Assembly (NCBI GenBank): GCA_035644475.1
Contig: DASQOL010000018.1
Span: forward strand, 15,495 to 79,494
From: Gammaproteobacteria bacterium
GTDB lineage: Bacteria > Pseudomonadota > Gammaproteobacteria > Steroidobacterales > Rariloculaceae
Length of the DNA stretch: 64,000 nucleotides
Direction: 5' to 3'
Numbering within the stretch: position 1 is the first letter of the stretch; the number at the start of each line of letters is the position of its first letter. Positions 59,808 to 64,000 of this stretch are shown in pieces. The notes under the pieces were generated by a model that worked only from the letters and a program-made list of their open reading frames with translations, did no database searches and had not been told where the DNA came from. Made by a program: the position numbers and the translations under genes.

Positions 59808-62167
59808 GCGGCGAAGGGGACGACGCCGGGGGTTTTGCCGGCCTGCCAGCGCGCGAGGAACGAGAGGAGCTCGGCGGGCGGCATCGGCTTGCCGATCTGG
59901 TAGCCCTGGGCGTACTCGCAGCCGAAGGCTGCGAGGCGTTCGAGCACCTCGGCCGTCTCGACGCCTTCGGCGACGACGCTGAGACCGAGCTGATGGGCGA
60001 GATCGATCGTGGCGCGCACGATGGCCTCGTCCTTCGGGTTGTGCATGCTCATGACGAACGACTTGTCGATCTTGAGCTCGTCGACGGGCAGACGCTTGAG
60101 CTGCGCGAGCGCCGACTGCCCCGTGCCGAAGTCGTCGACCGCGATCCTGAATCCGAGCTCGTGGATGCACGACACGACGGCGAGCGACTTCTGGACGTTG
60201 TGCATGATCGCGCTCTCGGTGACCTCGAGCGTGACCTGCTCAGGCGGGAGCGTGTGTTGCTTTACGAGGTCGAGCAGGAAGTACGGCAGGTACTCGTCGA
60301 TGAGGTCGTCGACCGAGATGTTGACCGCGACGGACAGCTTGAGCCCCTGGTCCCGCCACGCCGCGCAGCGGACCACCGCTTCGCGCAACACCCAGCGCGT
60401 GAGGTGCGCGATGCCGCCCGCCTGCTCGATCGCGCCCACGAACGCGTCCGGCGTCAGCAGACCCAAATCGGGATGCTGCCAGCGCACGAGCGCCTCGCCG
60501 CCGTAGATCGCTCGCGTGCGGCAGTCCATCTTCGGCTGGAAATACAGCCGCAGCTCCTCGTTGCCGAGCGCTTGCGGAAAGTCGCCGACGATCCGAATCT
60601 GACGCAGCGACCGCTCGTCCTGCCCAAGCCGGTAGATGCTCGCGGTCTCGTGCCGCGCGAGCGCCTCGCTGCGCGCGCTCGACGCACGGCGACAAAGCTC
60701 GGCCGCGTCGCGGCTGTGCTCGGGGAAGCAAGCGATACCCGCGGCCGCCTGCAGCGAGACGTTGGCGCCGCCGACGCGAACTCCGGAGCGCAGCAGGTCG
60801 GCCTGGTACTCCACCCACTGCAGCGCCTGCATCGCGTCGAAGCCCGGCAGCGCGAATGCGAACTCCTGGGCGCTCAAGTGGCCGATGAGCTGACCCTCGC
60901 CGACCCGGGCACGGAGCAGCGCCGCCGCGAGCTTGATCACCTCGTCGCCGGCCCGGTGGCCGAGCGACGACACGATGCCCGCGAACCGGTCGAGCCCGAG
61001 GATCACGACGCCGACCGAGCTTCCGGTCTCGATCGCGGCCCGCAGCTGGCTGATGAAGAGCTCGCGATTCGGCAGGCCCGACAAGCTGTCGTGGTGCGCC
61101 GTGTGGAAGATCTGCCGCTCGCGGTCGGCGATCGCCCGCTGCATCGCGTTGAAGCTGCCGGCGAGCTCGCCGAGCTCGTCGGACGAGCGCACGGGAATCT
61201 CCTCCGTGTAGACGCCCTCCCGCATGCGGCGCGCGGCCGCGACGAGATTCTGCACCGGCCGCGTGACCGTCTTCGCGAGCCAGAACGAGCCAACGATCGC
61301 CGCAAGCAGCGACAGGCTCGTGATGCCTAGCAGCAGGCTGCGGATGCGCTGATATGACGCCGTCGCCTCGTCGAGCGGGAGCTGGAGCGCGACGTGCACG
61401 TCGCTGCCGCTCAAGAACGGGCGTAGCAGCGACAGGAACCCTTTCTGCGACCCGCCGCTCCGCTGCGCCCCGAAGTGGCCCAAGTCGAGTCCGGTGAACG
61501 CTGCCGCGTGAATTTCTCGCGGCAGCGTCGAGGCGAGAACCTGAGGCGGACCCGCGCCGGCGTAGCGGACGAAAGACACCGCGAGGTTGGTGAGGCTCCG
61601 CAAGCGCGTGGCGAGCGCCTCGTCGATCGGGAAGCCGAGCATCACCCAAGCGCGCGGCACGGGCGCGCGCATCTGCACGGTCACCGTGTGATACGGCACC
61701 CCGCCGAGATAGACGACCCGGTTGCTCCCGCTCTCGAGTGAGCTGCCGTGCGGCGCAAAGTCCGCGTCGTACCCGCAGTCGGCGTCGGCGTCGGTCGAGC
61801 ACACGATGACGTTGCCGTCGAGGTCGAGCAGCAGGGCGACCGTCGCGCCCACGCGGCGCGCGCTGTTGGCGAGCGCGGTTTGAATGGTGGGGTGGTCGCC
61901 GCCCGCGACCGCGGACTTGAAGCCGTAGTCGGCGACGAGAACGCTGGCCGTGGTGCGCATCACCTCGGTGCGGTTGCGCATGTTCTCGTCGAACAGCACG
62001 CCCGCGAGCTCGACCGTCTGCCGCGCGCGTTGGTCGACGTCGGCCTTGATCGCGTTCAGCACCGGGAACAGCGCCACGAGCTGGATCGCCATCACGAGCG
62101 CGACGGCGAGCAGCAGCACCTTGTGCCGAAAGCTGAACTGCCTCACGACGCTTGGGCTCCCCCGCAA
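59798..62167 (-). CDS. Membrane sensor protein: periplasmic domain, HAMP, degenerate GGDEF, and intact EAL (c-di-GMP phosphodiesterase)
   Basis: HAMP ...TRPVQNLVAAARRMREG...LGELAGSFNAM. The GGDEF position reads HLSAQEFAF (degenerate). EAL motifs EALVRW, ...NISV, DDFGTGQSAL and KIDKSF are intact. Confidence 0.88.
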   Translation of the reverse strand: MRGSPSVVRQFSFRHKVLLLAVALVMAIQLVALFPVLNAIKADVDQRARQTVELAGVLFDENMRNRTEVMRTTASVLVADYGFKSAVAGGDHPTIQTALANSARRVGATVALLLDLDGNVIVCSTDADADCGYDADFAPHGSSLESGSNRVVYLGGVPYHTVTVQMRAPVPRAWVMLGFPIDEALATRLRSLTNLAVSFVRYAGAGPPQVLASTLPREIHAAAFTGLDLGHFGAQRSGGSQKGFLSLLRPFLSGSDVHVALQLPLDEATASYQRIRSLLLGITSLSLLAAIVGSFWLAKTVTRPVQNLVAAARRMREGVYTEEIPVRSSDELGELAGSFNAMQRAIADRERQIFHTAHHDSLSGLPNRELFISQLRAAIETGSSVGVVILGLDRFAGIVSSLGHRAGDEVIKLAAALLRARVGEGQLIGHLSAQEFAFALPGFDAMQALQWVEYQADLLRSGVRVGGANVSLQAAAGIACFPEHSRDAAELCRRASSARSEALARHETASIYRLGQDERSLRQIRIVGDFPQALGNEELRLYFQPKMDCRTRAIYGGEALVRWQHPDLGLLTPDAFVGAIEQAGGIAHLTRWVLREAVVRCAAWRDQGLKLSVAVNISVDDLIDEYLPYFLLDLVKQHTLPPEQVTLEVTESAIMHNVQKSLAVVSCIHELGFRIAVDDFGTGQSALAQLKRLPVDELKIDKSFVMSMHNPKDEAIVRATIDLAHQLGLSVVAEGVETAEVLERLAAFGCEYAQGYQIGKPMPPAELLSFLARWQAGKTPGVVPFAARK

Positions 62168-62308
62168 TTCCCGAGCGAATTTCGAGAACTGCTAACCAGG
62201 TATCGATACTACGGATGCCCGCGCCGCGGGAGTGTGCGTTCGGTCACGGATGCGAGTGCTCGGCACCTTCTAACATCTTGCTCCGCCTACGCTTATTCGC
62301 GAGAGTCG

Positions 62309-62980
62309 ATGCCGACGAGCCGCGCAATTCGGCCGAGCGTTCAGTCCGCCCTCTGCTTGCTCACCTTGGGCATGGCCGGGGGCTGCGCGGCGGCCGCGCT
62401 CGACGTGACGGTCGTCGACGAGCATGGCGCTCCCATCGAGCTCGTCGCTGTCTACGCGGTCCCCGACAAACCGGTCGCGTCGGCACCGGCCAAGCCGACC
62501 GCCGTCATGGACCAGAAGCACAAGGCGTTCGTGCCGCACGTGCTCGTCGTTCAAACGGGGACGTCCGTGGACTTCCCGAACAACGACACGGTGAGCCACC
62601 ACGTCTACTCGTTCTCGGACCCCAAGTCGTTCGAGCTGCCGCTCTACAAGGGTGACGCCCATCCGCCGCTCGTGTTCGACAAGCCCGGAATCGTCGTGCT
62701 CGGCTGCAACATCCACGACGACATGCTGGGCTACATCTACGTCGTCGACACTCCCTACTTCGCGACGACCGACGACTCGGGCAAGGCGCGGATCGCCGCG
62801 CTGCCGGCCGGCGGCTACGGCGTCCGGGTTTGGACGCCGCGCGCGCGGCCGGGGGATCTCCCGCCGGACGTGACGGTCACCCTCGACGGGGCCGACCGCG
62901 GCGTCGCGCTTCAGATCAAAGGCAAGCTCGCCGCCGAGCACGATCAGGGAGGCTCGGGGCTCTCGTGGCAACGCTACTGA
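62309..62980 (+). CDS. Cupredoxin-like periplasmic protein (methylamine-utilisation-protein-like family)
   Basis: Lipoprotein-like signal ...LLTLGMAGGC. FVPHVLVVQTGTSVDFPNNDTVSHHVYSFS...LGCNIHDDMLGYIYV is a plastocyanin-like motif, followed by a CarboxypepD_reg-like C-terminus (DDSGKARIAALPAGGYGVRVW). Confidence 0.65.
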   Translation: MPTSRAIRPSVQSALCLLTLGMAGGCAAAALDVTVVDEHGAPIELVAVYAVPDKPVASAPAKPTAVMDQKHKAFVPHVLVVQTGTSVDFPNNDTVSHHVYSFSDPKSFELPLYKGDAHPPLVFDKPGIVVLGCNIHDDMLGYIYVVDTPYFATTDDSGKARIAALPAGGYGVRVWTPRARPGDLPPDVTVTLDGADRGVALQIKGKLAAEHDQGGSGLSWQRY

Positions 62981-64000
62981 AGCTCGCAGCGCCGTCGCTC
63001 GCGCTCGCGGCGCTCGCGGGCGGAGCCCTGGCCGCCGACGGCGACCGCCACCAAGTGCGCATCGAGGTCGACGCCGGACACGTGGCTGCCCACAGCGACA
63101 TGGGCTCGTGGCTCGACGACGGGCTCGGCAAGCTGCGCTACTCGGAAGACGACGGCGGCTTGAACGCGGGGCGCGTGTTCCTCGAGTACCGCGGCCGCAT
63201 CGCGCCGACTCTGTCTACGACGATCGTCGCCGACTACGTGGACGACGCGTCCGCCGGGCTTGGTCTCACCGAGGCGTACCTCGAGTGGCGGCCGATCCCG
63301 GCTTCGAACAACCAGCACAAGGTACGGGCCGGCGCTTTCTACCCGCCGCTGTCGCTCGAGAATACCGAGACCGGCTGGCACAGCCCATTCAGCTATTCGT
63401 ACTCCGCCATCGACACCTGGCTCGGCGAGGAGATCCGGCCGATCGGCGTCGAGTGGTCGATGCGCCGCCGGCTCGGCTTCGCCGGGTCACCGCACGAGCT
63501 TCGCGTGTTCGCGGCCGGTTTCTACGGCAACGATCCCGCGGGCACGCTGCTCTGGTGGCGCGGCTGGTCGATGCACGACCGCCAGTCGCGGTTGAACGAC
63601 GAGCTGCCGCTCACGCCGCTACCGATCTGGAACTTCCAGGGCGTGATCGTCGGCTACCGTGAGCAATACGTCGAGCCGTTCCAGGAAATCGACCATGAGC
63701 CCGGCGCGTACGCCGGCATCGAGTGGCGCTACGCGCGCCGCGTGCTGCTCCAGCTCGCGCGCTACGACAACCGCGCCGACCCGAACGCGTTCGCCGCAGG
63801 CTATTGGGGTTGGCACACGGCGTTCACGCAAGTCGGCGTGCAGCTCAGCCTGCCGTGGGAGCTCGGGCTCCTCGCGCAATGGCTCGACGGCGAGACCTAC
63901 TGGATCGCCGGCTCGCGACCCGACGGCACTCTGTCGCCCGTCGCCGCGCTCGTGGAGGACGGCTTCGAGTCGAAGTACTTGATGCTCAGCCGCGCCGTGC
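62965..64000 (+). CDS. Putative outer-membrane beta-barrel protein; the 3' end lies outside the window and it is not in the ORF track
   Basis: The frame is open from GTG 62965 to the window end. (M)ATLLKLAAPSLALAALAGGALAADG is a signal peptide, followed by alternating aromatic/hydrophilic beta-strand patterns (EAYLEWRP, RAGAFYPPLSLEN, GVEWSMRR, RVFAAGFYGND, GIEWRYARR). It overlaps the upstream gene by 16 nt. Confidence 0.6.
   Translation, partial: MATLLKLAAPSLALAALAGGALAADGDRHQVRIEVDAGHVAAHSDMGSWLDDGLGKLRYSEDDGGLNAGRVFLEYRGRIAPTLSTTIVADYVDDASAGLGLTEAYLEWRPIPASNNQHKVRAGAFYPPLSLENTETGWHSPFSYSYSAIDTWLGEEIRPIGVEWSMRRRLGFAGSPHELRVFAAGFYGNDPAGTLLWWRGWSMHDRQSRLNDELPLTPLPIWNFQGVIVGYREQYVEPFQEIDHEPGAYAGIEWRYARRVLLQLARYDNRADPNAFAAGYWGWHTAFTQVGVQLSLPWELGLLAQWLDGETYWIAGSRPDGTLSPVAALVEDGFESKYLMLSRAV

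Noticed and set aside
1-64000. CRISPR arrays, tRNA/rRNA genes, IS elements, integrases, prophage or classical defence genes (restriction, Cas, abortive-infection nucleases)
   Set aside because: I saw no spaced short-repeat array, no tRNA-like GGTTCGAATCC T-arm context, no transposase or recombinase motifs (DDE, tyrosine recombinase RHRY context), and no nuclease or helicase-type ORFs. The DUF360 'holin-like' gene has no phage neighbours.

Overview
High-GC (roughly 68-72%, estimated by eye) chromosomal segment, probably from a Gram-negative Proteobacterium. I found no rRNA, tRNA, CRISPR array, transposase or integrase. Coding density is high, and most long ORFs lying antisense to or out of frame with the genes below are GC-driven artefacts.

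Layout:
(1) 1-11090: a PEP-CTERM/exosortase-type exopolysaccharide locus. It holds three GT4 glycosyltransferases, a Wzy/O-antigen-ligase-like protein, an AsnB-like amidotransferase lacking the Cys nucleophile, and a MOP flippase. These converge on export genes: a Wza-like exporter, a Wzz-like chain-length determinant and a BY-kinase.
(2) 11256-12812: a membrane pseudokinase fused to a Calx-beta domain, followed by two nested palindromic repeat elements.
(3) 13328-28304: housekeeping and accessory genes. These are sodC, a PQQ sugar dehydrogenase, a VOC protein with a Lys/Ala tail, an orphan FtsX permease, LtrA, EamA, an ECF sigma / anti-sigma / stand-alone secretin-N protein trio, DUF2306, a tannase-family esterase, a cytochrome c-PQQ propeller protein and DUF4168.
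(4) 28382-47068: the most unusual block.
- Two lower-GC secreted parallel beta-helix proteins flank a SAM methyltransferase.
- An operon encodes one MacB/LolD-type ATPase and four tandem ~810-aa duplicated-FtsX permease paralogs.
- A divergent NtrC-type sigma-54 activator and histidine kinase sit next to it.
- Three sigma-54 -24/-12 promoter candidates lie in the block, one matching the core consensus perfectly.
- A phased triple 10-bp direct repeat is a candidate enhancer.
(5) 47143-64000: small membrane proteins, panE carrying an in-frame hairpin-repeat insertion, GST, cupin, an MltD-like LysM transglycosylase, a HemD-like protein, a DUF2849-cysI-DUF934 sulfite reductase cluster, a degenerate-GGDEF/EAL sensor, and a cupredoxin-like protein with a partial outer-membrane protein.

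Two families of intergenic palindromic repeats (the CCTCGGAGG-core family and the GGGACATGTTGC-core family), plus a third short repeat type found inside coding sequence, are scattered through the window.
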